Positions 52,801 through 59,722 of a stretch of 64,000 nucleotides of DNA are shown here, one piece after another; the first letter of the stretch is position 1; each line of letters starts with the position of its first letter. The position numbers and the translations under genes are program-made. Where the stretch lies: positions 32,001 through 96,000 of the IMG/VR virus record IMGVR_UViG_3300049259_000177. One strand, written 5' to 3'. The notes under the pieces were generated by a model. It was not told where the DNA came from. It ran no database searches and saw only the letters and a program-made list of their open reading frames with translations. This DNA is from a virus.

Positions 52801-55323
52801 CCCGTCGAGCGACGGCAGGTGGCTGCCCTGGTAGTCGGCGGCGTCCTGCGGCGAACCGGGGGCGACGGGCACGGCGCGCGTCGCGTCGCGCGCGTTCGCA
52901 ACGAGGCGCTGCGTCACAGCATCATCCGGGTTCTGCTCGTCGAGCGAGTCGAGTGAGCCGGTGAGAGCGCCCTCGGCCTGAGCCTTGTCGTCCTCGTTGC
53001 CGTATGTCTGCGCGTCGGCGAAATCGCGCAGTGCGTCGGCAACCGCGACCCGGTAGGAGTCGTTCCCGTCACCCTCGAACTGCGCAGCAAGATCGTAGAG
53101 TCCGGCGGCGTCTTGCTCGGTCTGCGGCGGGGCGCCGCCGGGCGTTCCGCTATCGGTCGCCGGGACGACGCGAGTGTGGCGGGAGATAGCGCCCTGGTCG
53201 GTATTGACCGTGCCACCGCCGCCAGAGCCGCCGGTCGCACCGGTCGCACCGGTGATAGTGACGGTCTGGCCGTCTCGCGGGTGTCCGTCGTGCTGGATGG
53301 TGACACGCGCACCGACCGGATGGATACCCGCAATGGTCGGCGTGACCGCCTGGGGACCTCGTGCCACGTGCTCGGCCGCGAGCATGCGGGTGCGCTCATC
53401 CGGGGTCTTGTCGGGCTTGCGGGCGAGTCGCTGCGCCTCCGCCGTAGCCTCCCCGGGCGTCATGTCCGTGACGGCCTTGGGCTCGTGGCTATCCGTGACC
53501 CGTGGCCGGTCCTTCGCGGCCTTGAGAACGTCGATTGCCTGGCCGACTGTCGCGTCGTTCCACGCGCCCCGGTGGGCGTGCAGTTCGGCGGCGAGGTCCG
53601 GGTGGTTCGGCTTGACGACGTCGTCGACGAGGCCGGACAGATGGCCGGTCTGCTTCGACGTCGCCTGGCGGGTGCCAGCATGACGTGGGCCGTTGCGGAT
53701 CGAGCGGTTGGCGTTGACGACGCGATGCGTCGCGTACTCGTGCGGATCATGGGTGATGCGTTGGTGCATGAGTGCGGCGCGCAGGTTCGCCTCGTTCGTG
53801 CCGATGAGGTCACGGCCCGCCTTGAGGACGGCGGCGCGGTTCGGGTGGTCGGCGGGTAACTGTCGATCGGTCATGGCGTGCGCGTCGTGCGCGGCGGCGA
53901 GCCGTCGCTCACGGACACCGACGTCGCTCGCAGCCCGGGCGATGTCGGCAGCGTGTTGGGCGTCGAGGGGCTGTGGAGCCTGTCCCACCGTCTGCCGCAG
54001 GTGCGCAATGTGGTCGGCGTGCGCCGCGCTCTCGGGCGGTGCGCCGACCGCGTGCGGGTGATGGCTGTCCGGCGCGGCTGGGTCGGTGTGTGACGGCATC
54101 AGTGGGTGGTCGGGACGGCTTGCGACCCGCTTGCCAACCTTGCTGACGTCACCGTGCGGGGCGCCGCCGCCGCCTGCCTTCGTGACCGTGACGTCAGTGC
54201 GGCTGACCGTCTCGGTCTTGCCGTTGGCGTGCTCGATCTGCACGTGGTTGCGGTCGACGACGTTGAGGACCTTCGCGACGTCACCGGCCAGGGTGCGAAC
54301 CTCGCCCCCTTTGGAGATGAACTTGCCGTGCCGGTCGCGGGGATGCTCGTCAGGCTTCCACTCGTACGACGCGGTGCCTACGCGCACCGTCGTGTAGCCG
54401 GTGTGCGTCAACTTCATCTCGATCGTCTTGCCTTCCCGCGACTGAGGCAGGAACTGGCCGGTGCGCTTCGAGCGCCAGTCCACTCGACAGCGGCAGTTGG
54501 CAGTTTCCCGGTACGGCGCACGCGGGTCTCCGGGGAAGCGCAGCAGGGCGCCGCCAACAGTGAACGGGGTACCGAGCGGCTGCTCCTGGCCGTCGGCTTT
54601 TGCGTGCGACGGCCGCACCTTCTCGTCGCGCCGCGAGCGCCAGCGGCGCAACACGTCGACCGACTGGTCGGCTTCCGCGATGTGGTCGGCGGCGGCCTGC
54701 CGGGCGCCTTCGACGGTCGCGGTAGCCGCCTGCACCGCGAGCCCCTTCGCCCACTCCTGCATCGCCGGATAGTGCGCGAGAACCGCCTCGCGGATGGCGG
54801 GCATGTCGGCGCCGGACTGATCGAGAGAGTTGATGAGGTCGCCGAGCAACTGGATCTGCCGGGCGGCCGACTCGGCGATCAGCGCGAGAACCGTCTCGAC
54901 GATCCCGGCGGTGATGAGCGCGAGCATCGAGGAGTCCGGCTCCTGGTCCTCGCCGGACAGCGCAACGTAGAGTGCGGCGGCGGCGGCGATCGCAGCCGGG
55001 GAGATCACCGGCTCGCTCGCCGACTGGGCGTCGTCAGGCGCGGCTTCCTCGTCGGTCGCCTTCGCGGCGTCCAGCGCCTTGGTGCCAACACGGGTGTCGT
55101 GCTCGTACTCGGGCACCCAGTGGCGGGTGCCCTTACGTTGCTGCGGGCTCTCGACGCGGGTTATGGTCCGGTCCACCCAGCGCGAGGCGAGATGGCTCAG
55201 CGCAGCAGCCAGTGCGGCTTCGAGGCGGTCGCGGTCCTTGTCGTCGGGAGTGTAGGTCTGCCAGGACTCGACGGCTTTGGTGCGGATGGGAACGACGCGT
55301 AGTCCGATCGGTTGTGCGGTCAC
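46816..55323 (-). CDS. Giant MuF (phage head morphogenesis) polyvalent protein, 2835 aa, with zincin and ADP-ribosyltransferase-like domains
   Basis: W.SRRDEKVRPSH...RFPGDP...NCRC MuF motif; HPRD..GKF; VHELGH...HEVF; TLYRG...PLSSFS...EFVVL. Confidence 0.85.
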   Translation of the reverse strand: MTAQPIGLRVVPIRTKAVESWQTYTPDDKDRDRLEAALAAALSHLASRWVDRTITRVESPQQRKGTRHWVPEYEHDTRVGTKALDAAKATDEEAAPDDAQSASEPVISPAAIAAAAALYVALSGEDQEPDSSMLALITAGIVETVLALIAESAARQIQLLGDLINSLDQSGADMPAIREAVLAHYPAMQEWAKGLAVQAATATVEGARQAAADHIAEADQSVDVLRRWRSRRDEKVRPSHAKADGQEQPLGTPFTVGGALLRFPGDPRAPYRETANCRCRVDWRSKRTGQFLPQSREGKTIEMKLTHTGYTTVRVGTASYEWKPDEHPRDRHGKFISKGGEVRTLAGDVAKVLNVVDRNHVQIEHANGKTETVSRTDVTVTKAGGGGAPHGDVSKVGKRVASRPDHPLMPSHTDPAAPDSHHPHAVGAPPESAAHADHIAHLRQTVGQAPQPLDAQHAADIARAASDVGVRERRLAAAHDAHAMTDRQLPADHPNRAAVLKAGRDLIGTNEANLRAALMHQRITHDPHEYATHRVVNANRSIRNGPRHAGTRQATSKQTGHLSGLVDDVVKPNHPDLAAELHAHRGAWNDATVGQAIDVLKAAKDRPRVTDSHEPKAVTDMTPGEATAEAQRLARKPDKTPDERTRMLAAEHVARGPQAVTPTIAGIHPVGARVTIQHDGHPRDGQTVTITGATGATGGSGGGGTVNTDQGAISRHTRVVPATDSGTPGGAPPQTEQDAAGLYDLAAQFEGDGNDSYRVAVADALRDFADAQTYGNEDDKAQAEGALTGSLDSLDEQNPDDAVTQRLVANARDATRAVPVAPGSPQDAADYQGSHLPSLDGPSLDNLLATDSGGGMVTSADFYDNMHFHKYGDPEMGYDDESEAAIRAARGNPEALVTIYRAAPPGVTHINPGDWVTLSQTYAQQHAINDDNPANDWPVYSTRVRAGDIRWDGNDINEFGFGGPQSVPASTPAPQTDVPGTPTNVLPDRYPPGTLNRGMVINVPPEYARRMLNGDITADEIVHGILGGQAGRYWADADTHNPEDSADSFAYTDENLAHEDSLGEDSRLDELGSQAGLILVADEVAPDNHVEPQHIFDDYGVLQDGTTLSLQTLYYSPDGGDNWHTLDASGLSVVSEPGDDAPVMSAPPADVAIRDLKAGDHVMLPGPQGDVAAHVDAVGRDDDEPDMIRVDYTHPDGTKDSLYADPTMLVTPAEIDRRPNPQPSPGPRQPGTVGELQAGDTVMLPLGQPTPVTIANAEPYGENGDIVNLTYRRQGAAEEETMPFGTAIEVQPFTPAPPGPQPTGRVALRTYQRRMIHGYELHKTHADPQVRNAAHKLLNYQSLNRNEAQAMAAALRDEAQRSGTRRAGALNRAALSFDALDNHLLHGGGQGTRAHDVQAGQWARFGDVYGKVTETTRSQGGRIVNFAVTDAAGRAHNVSVMRGTNLAVDAGPAEDPTVQPDPVEGDPTADDSKSQLGTISQISAGMYVTIPGSEATAKALGVDPSSLDVTGKVVRVRRSRNVGAIRGAIEVHVETADGIRADNYVGGRSVWIHPQPPDPKPIVDEKPDKSQGEKAINHNEIQVGDRIRITNSTTGQEFVGTVHNVSPTEGFDEGTGKSIAGTEIGLQEDGQRAWYTHTVYDGDVKPVLLSREPGAAEALEQQRQDGETHRSANIMAMAIARALNDQRAAMLTDISLAQGNGRGWILDAVFDAQHRDRRTAVNGYGYAVNDLNSELTPRSINLDSATRRAIANSLGDRSKSIVSEALTRQYDVIRNALADAKPLDGEADHQMVGRVMEQIRSNPPTVDYTEAMLPLARAKTALKSANVGTFTYVPTDEERAAAEQRVRNALLSARREALEKFKTHLDSDLGKSGGALPTLANKWDGVPLARLVQQGDFQPSPRWAAAVIAGQSFGQDAGRTASLRKNADTMVREAYRNALTDSLAEMRSKTTVAGTNSPLYSESLGALFDRMATGPDSRAQDIIDGRAQQLTNEAADHLAGGGDRIDANKPDEALPEPGGDWKDRVAAWQAMLPSDPDKFGQREMQVSTLGDFTLADLEAGKTPEIITENQHVADRAADDGPGETAMRHLHALRQVGAAMQEEYGRRLAEALPDMGGNPERYIEGLDQQSDAAYKSMTQLDRDARDVRKQVAQPFLDRAWDEGRGSEISGAPDERNLRNRVSLLRHFIDQSSRTGADSRDDVAEYQRLTAISNEMRDALVAAEEPGGALEGLNRRREAQREMWMTTRGQREEAKVRIREARANAARDVLREIRPVGTPPGGGMAYSTGERAQSVKALRWAEQWYPSDWLTAERARSLGAFKVRGTARGHYAVATREIAISGGSPDEKNKVAVHELGHHMERVVPGLVAAEDAFLWSRTSTGAVGARSRETVSRIYSGPKEVGRKDKFKSHYTGKDYGRGDAHEVFTTGIESLFGGSDYLDEDMRNFMFGTLASLGRDSNPPSKSRGVAGARTVTGQYGEVRITSDLGGSFAVTGGGAATPLAAAPGPNRPGATPGSVEPAVAVPVDYIGMGAPLDPSVQALLSSGLGTAAHPADLNLSPDGEQARTQAKTEVYAAIAARMVTVPDASLLGQDTVASLSGSRWSSETADDGTVEFFSDAAGEFEPGDETVRTALRRDAVSRLVQRWSMTSNDSDADALALQEIAVDEFGLPGAAPWTLGADVRTRVDAIKAEREAVLRTFLRAQYEETQARLAAAGITQVTLYRGMHFSDPADVPEEDFPPAPVWATHGTTTSIDMRPLSSFSADRGAAQQFADTSEGVGVVLAGTVPATRILSMPRSGMGDLTASEFVVLAGPGEWRVSAWNQSGDERTPRLRVAA

Positions 55324-56840
55324 GCGCCGCCTCCGCGCAGGATCTTGAATCGGAAGCCGCCGACACGCGGCGGCGGGGTCGTGTCGCCGCCGCCGTCGGT
55401 GCCGGTCGCGGCCAAGGCGCCGCTTTCGTGCGCGGCTCGTACGACATCAACCGCTCCGCGACGGCCAGCCGGAGCGCCGGGACGCGGCGCCGGGGAAGGT
55501 GCGTCGCCTCCCGGCGCTGCGGCCGGGTCTTGGTGACCGGCGGGAACGGCGCCAGCCGGTTGTGTCGGTAGGTCTTTCTTGAGCGCCTCGACATCTTCCT
55601 GCTTCGCGGCGATCGGTGTCGACCCGGCCGGGCGCCACAACGCCCGGGTCTCGGCGGTCTCCTCCATCTCGTCGGCGTGACCCGCTATCTTCGCGTAGGA
55701 GTAGATGGAGCGCAGTCCGGCCGCGACTTCGCCGCGAGCCTCTTCGCGACGTGACCGTTCGGGGATCTGCAACGCCTGGACTTCGCTCGTGTCCAGGAAG
55801 CCGACGAGGTCGTCGTCGCTGTCTTCGTCCCAGCCAGATACGACGATGCGGTTGTGTCGCGACACCGGACCGGTCCAGGCGTTGTACTCCTCCTGTTCTG
55901 CGTTGGCGAAGGTGCGCTCGCTGGCGTTGAACAGTGACTCGCCGAGCATGAAGCCCGCGAGGATCTCCAACTTCGCATTCTTCGATGTCGCGCCGTACTG
56001 CATGTCGCGCGGAGTTGCCGCCAAGTCGATGTACTTCAACTCACCCTGGATGACCGACAACTTCCCCGCTTCGACCGGGCCCCGACCGAACCGGGCCTCG
56101 ATCCGGTCCATCTCCTCGTCTTCGATGTCACCGTTGACACCGAGGACGCCGCCGGGGCGTCCGTCGTTGCGCATGAACGACACGTTGTAGAGGCGGGAGA
56201 AGTAGTCGAGTTCGATCGACATGCCGATCGACTCAAGCGGGGTGACACCCGCGTACGGGTCGATCGGGTGTGGCTCACGGAACCACCGGACGTTCTCCGG
56301 CGGGATCTCGCGCGGCTTGCCGCCCGAGCGCGGCCACACAGCGAAGCACTTGACGAGGTCCTTGCCGCTGCCGGGGATCGGGCGGGTGCGTCCGGGTGGC
56401 AGCAGGTCGGCGCGGATGACGGCGCCGCTGCGCGCCTTGGTCACCTCGACGAACGCGCCGCGCTTGGACAGGAGGATCTGCGCGGACAGCCGCTTGCGGA
56501 ACTGGTAGCCCGTCTCCAACGGATTCGCCCGCTTGTTGAGCACGTGGTAGAGCGGATGGTCCTCGACGACACCGGTCTTGTTGCGTAGCCTGAAGTCCAG
56601 CCGCGCCGAGTTGCCTGCGATCCACTCGACGGAGTTGAAGACCCACACGACGCGCTCGTAGCCTTCGGCCATCGCGCGCTCGATCGGCCACGGCCGCGAC
56701 CGGCCCTGGTAGTCAATACCCGCAGCGGCCAGGGTGGCGTAATAGTCGCCGAGCACCACTTTGCGCTCACTGCGCGAGTCGACGAGCGCCGGGTGCGGCT
56801 TGGTCTCTCCGCTGCGGAGGCTGGGCAGGAACCGGGCCAC
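55320..56840 (-). CDS. Portal protein (HK97 family)
   Basis: HPLYHVLN..ANP, DPY.GVTPL, FMRNDGRPGGVL; located between terminase and MuF. Confidence 0.9.
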   Translation of the reverse strand: MARFLPSLRSGETKPHPALVDSRSERKVVLGDYYATLAAAGIDYQGRSRPWPIERAMAEGYERVVWVFNSVEWIAGNSARLDFRLRNKTGVVEDHPLYHVLNKRANPLETGYQFRKRLSAQILLSKRGAFVEVTKARSGAVIRADLLPPGRTRPIPGSGKDLVKCFAVWPRSGGKPREIPPENVRWFREPHPIDPYAGVTPLESIGMSIELDYFSRLYNVSFMRNDGRPGGVLGVNGDIEDEEMDRIEARFGRGPVEAGKLSVIQGELKYIDLAATPRDMQYGATSKNAKLEILAGFMLGESLFNASERTFANAEQEEYNAWTGPVSRHNRIVVSGWDEDSDDDLVGFLDTSEVQALQIPERSRREEARGEVAAGLRSIYSYAKIAGHADEMEETAETRALWRPAGSTPIAAKQEDVEALKKDLPTQPAGAVPAGHQDPAAAPGGDAPSPAPRPGAPAGRRGAVDVVRAAHESGALAATGTDGGGDTTPPPRVGGFRFKILRGGGA

Positions 56841-56853
56841 TAGGCGGCGCTCC

Positions 56854-57057
56854 TCAGCGGTCGGTGCCGAGGTAGACGCCGAGCGCGGCGCCGAGCGCTG
56901 CGATCGCGCCGTACCCGGCGAGCGGCGCTGCGATGAACAGCACCGTCAGGACACCGCCGACACCTGCGACGATCAGCACGCTCGCGAGCAGGTCGCGGAC
57001 CTGGCGCGCAGTCAGCAAGGGTGCGCGCGTCTCGCGCCGATCCGCAGAGGGGGCCAC
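56854..57057 (-). CDS. Small two-TM membrane protein
   Basis: Hydrophobic; typical position before portal. Confidence 0.6.
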   Translation of the reverse strand: MAPSADRRETRAPLLTARQVRDLLASVLIVAGVGGVLTVLFIAAPLAGYGAIAALGAALGVYLGTDR

Positions 57058-57096
57058 GCAGGCAGGCTAGGTGCTCGAAGGGGTTTGCGTCGCGTG

Positions 57097-57486
57097 CTAG
57101 CCGGACGCCGCCCCGACGAGGGTCTCTTCCTCCTCCGCCTCGCCTCGTTTCTTGCGTTCCCCGACGGGCCCACCGTGGAGGCATTGAGTCTGGACACACG
57201 GCTCGTCCACCACCTCCGGGTACGGGCGCCGACAGCGTTGACACATGACTTCGAGCACCTCCACCTTGGCGGTCTCGACCATGCGCACAGAGCCGCGCCG
57301 TTCAGCGTGTTTGGCTTGCCGGGCATCGAGAGGAAGATAGGCCGCGCCGACCCACAAGTGCGTCTCGTGGACGATCGGAGCCTCGGGCACGCGGCGGGTC
57401 CTCTCTGGATGCTGCTCTGCACGACCCGAGGAAGGTGTGGCGCGCCCCGTGTCCCGTGTAGCGTTGCGCCGGGTTTGACCGGACAC
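57097..57486 (-). CDS. Hypothetical Zn-finger-like protein (start uncertain)
   Basis: HLW...CQRC...C...HGGP. Confidence 0.5.
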   Translation of the reverse strand: MSGQTRRNATRDTGRATPSSGRAEQHPERTRRVPEAPIVHETHLWVGAAYLPLDARQAKHAERRGSVRMVETAKVEVLEVMCQRCRRPYPEVVDEPCVQTQCLHGGPVGERKKRGEAEEEETLVGAASG

Positions 57487-57546
57487 GTGTATCCGACAAA
57501 CCGTGTCGTCCTCAAGTCCGGCATGTCGACCTGTGGTTCGACTGGC

Positions 57547-59307
57547 CTACACGATGAGCCGCGCTTTCTTCCGCTTCGGCTTGATGATCGGCTCGTACAG
57601 CGACAGCAGGAGAGCCTCTGCGCGGTCCGGCGAGGGCAATCCGCGCGTCCTCATCGACGACTTCGCCTCTATAACGGTCAGGCCACCGGAGTTGGTGCCC
57701 ATCATGGGCGCCGACAACTGCGCCTGCGTGCGCCGGTCGATGCGCAGCCGCAGCATGCCGGGCTCACCTGGGCCGGTCGGCGTGAGCAGCGAACGCCCAG
57801 CGAGCCACAGTTCGTCGCGCTTGCGAGCCGGGCGTAGTGTCTCGGCGTCTGGCTCGCGATGGGTGCTCTCACGGACGTCAACGCCGACGATCTTTGCCGT
57901 GTGCAGACCTTCGCTCCCCCACGCGGTGAGGGTGCCGACAACACCCCAGCCGAGGCCAATGACGTCGACCTTGACGTGGATGCGCGACGTCGTGCCGAGC
58001 GCTGCGGCGAGCGCCTCCGCTTCCTTGATCTCGCGCAGCACTTCTCCGGACACGTCGAGGTGGTTGGCATTTGCCGCGCCGGAGGCGATGTGCCGGATGG
58101 TGCACAGATTGCCGACGCTGCGCGACACGACGAACTCGTCGCCGCCGTCGGCAGCAACGTCGACACCGAGGCGTATCCATGCACCGCGCTTGACGTGCCA
58201 CTCCTCCTGTTCGGTGGACAGATCCAGGTCACACAGCCGCACATACTCGTCGAAGTCGTCGTCACCATCTTCAGGCTCCGGCGCTTCAATGCCGAGGTCG
58301 ACCCACGTCGACGGGATCGCGCGACGCGGTCCGCCTTTCGGAAACTTTGCGTGCACCTTCGCTGTGACGTACGGCGCATCATCGCCGTGTTCGGCGATCG
58401 TCTCGTCCACCCACTCCTGATCGACAAGGTGTGCGGCGAGTGAGTGCTCTGGCACTTCCGGCGGGCACGAGCGGCAGCGCAGCACCGCTTCGCCGGACAA
58501 CTGCGGACTGTCGTACGCGGAGATCGGAATGGTGCACACGTCGTCGGACAGGCACAGCCCCTCGAACCATGAGCCCTCGTCGTCGGTCGGCGGGTTACCG
58601 ATCGCAAGCAGGCGTGTCTCCTCGCCGGTGAGTAGGCCGCGCATCGCGCCACCGATGACACGCCCGATACCACCGGCTTCGTCGATAACGATGAACAACT
58701 TGGGTGCGTGGATACCTTGCACGGCGGACTCGTCGTGCGGCGGTGCGGAGAAACCGTAGGCGACGTCGACCATGACACCGTCGTTGTTGGGCGCCGCCCA
58801 CTGCGTCTGATCGACCTGCCCGGGCAGCCCGGCGCGCTTGTGGATAGCGCGTATGTGCGGCCACAACTGGCGCCGTACCTGCCGGAACCGTGTCGCGGTC
58901 GTAACTGTCAACGATGTGCCGACGGGGAACACGGAGCCCCGCCACACAACCCCTCGTGCCGCGATATGGGTTTTCCCCGTACCGAAAGCAGAGGGTACGG
59001 CGACACGGCGGTTGTGTGGGATCGCGTTGAGCACGTCACGCTGCTTCGACCACGTCGTCTCTTGCAACACGTCTTCCACGAAGCCCGACGGGTCGTCTTG
59101 GTACAGGCAGTACGGCGTGCCGCCTTCCTTCGCGGCGACGGTGAGCACTTCAACGAGATCGCGCGGGGTTAGCCCGCGCAGGCCGCCGCGCCGAATCTCC
59201 GGCGGTACTGCCATGAGATCGCTGAACAGTCGCTTCGCTTCGCGGCTACTGACCCGACTGGGTGTGCGCGCCGCCTCGGTGACAGCAGACGTCACCGGGC
59301 ACTGCAT
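57547..59307 (-). CDS. terL: Terminase large subunit (start uncertain, up to 59427)
   Basis: Walker A VPSAFGTGKT, Walker B IVIDEA, GNP, nuclease LGVDVA and SPDRAEA. Confidence 0.92.
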   Translation of the reverse strand: MQCPVTSAVTEAARTPSRVSSREAKRLFSDLMAVPPEIRRGGLRGLTPRDLVEVLTVAAKEGGTPYCLYQDDPSGFVEDVLQETTWSKQRDVLNAIPHNRRVAVPSAFGTGKTHIAARGVVWRGSVFPVGTSLTVTTATRFRQVRRQLWPHIRAIHKRAGLPGQVDQTQWAAPNNDGVMVDVAYGFSAPPHDESAVQGIHAPKLFIVIDEAGGIGRVIGGAMRGLLTGEETRLLAIGNPPTDDEGSWFEGLCLSDDVCTIPISAYDSPQLSGEAVLRCRSCPPEVPEHSLAAHLVDQEWVDETIAEHGDDAPYVTAKVHAKFPKGGPRRAIPSTWVDLGIEAPEPEDGDDDFDEYVRLCDLDLSTEQEEWHVKRGAWIRLGVDVAADGGDEFVVSRSVGNLCTIRHIASGAANANHLDVSGEVLREIKEAEALAAALGTTSRIHVKVDVIGLGWGVVGTLTAWGSEGLHTAKIVGVDVRESTHREPDAETLRPARKRDELWLAGRSLLTPTGPGEPGMLRLRIDRRTQAQLSAPMMGTNSGGLTVIEAKSSMRTRGLPSPDRAEALLLSLYEPIIKPKRKKARLIV

Positions 59308-59449
59308 CCTTTCGTCACGTGAATGACCATGCCCGCCTTCGCATCGGTTCGATCGCAGACCTCTTCGCCGCTCGCCAGCACTGCGATCCGTACCCGCAGT
59401 CGCACCGGCTTGCCACATCCGGGGCATACGACACTAACGGCCGTCAGCC

Positions 59450-59677
59450 TCACGGGAAGCACACCGAGCAGCCGGGGACCGCGTCGTCGGCTGCAACGAG
59501 CGCGCCCGCTGGGGCTCCGCAGGCAAGGCTGCCGTCGTCGAGGCGCCGGTGCGCCTGATCGTCGAGCAGGTGGGCGAGCCAGCGGGTGCGGGGATGGATG
59601 AGGCGCAGATCCTCCCGGCGCGCGAGGCGGTCCGCCCGGCGCTGGCGGGCGATGTCGAGCGGGGCGACGGCCTCCAC
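59450..59677 (-). CDS. Small hypothetical protein
   Basis: Late motif at 59704 and GGAGG upstream. Confidence 0.45.
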   Translation of the reverse strand: MEAVAPLDIARQRRADRLARREDLRLIHPRTRWLAHLLDDQAHRRLDDGSLACGAPAGALVAADDAVPGCSVCFP

Positions 59678-59722
59678 GCGGCTAGGTTCGCCTCCGGCAG
59701 CCCTTAGTGTCGCGTCGAGCCC

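Noticed and set aside
59428-59437. Late-motif copies at 59428 and 43761
   Set aside because: They lack part of the motif and point the opposite way; they read better as TAGTGT -10 elements for the minus-strand genes.
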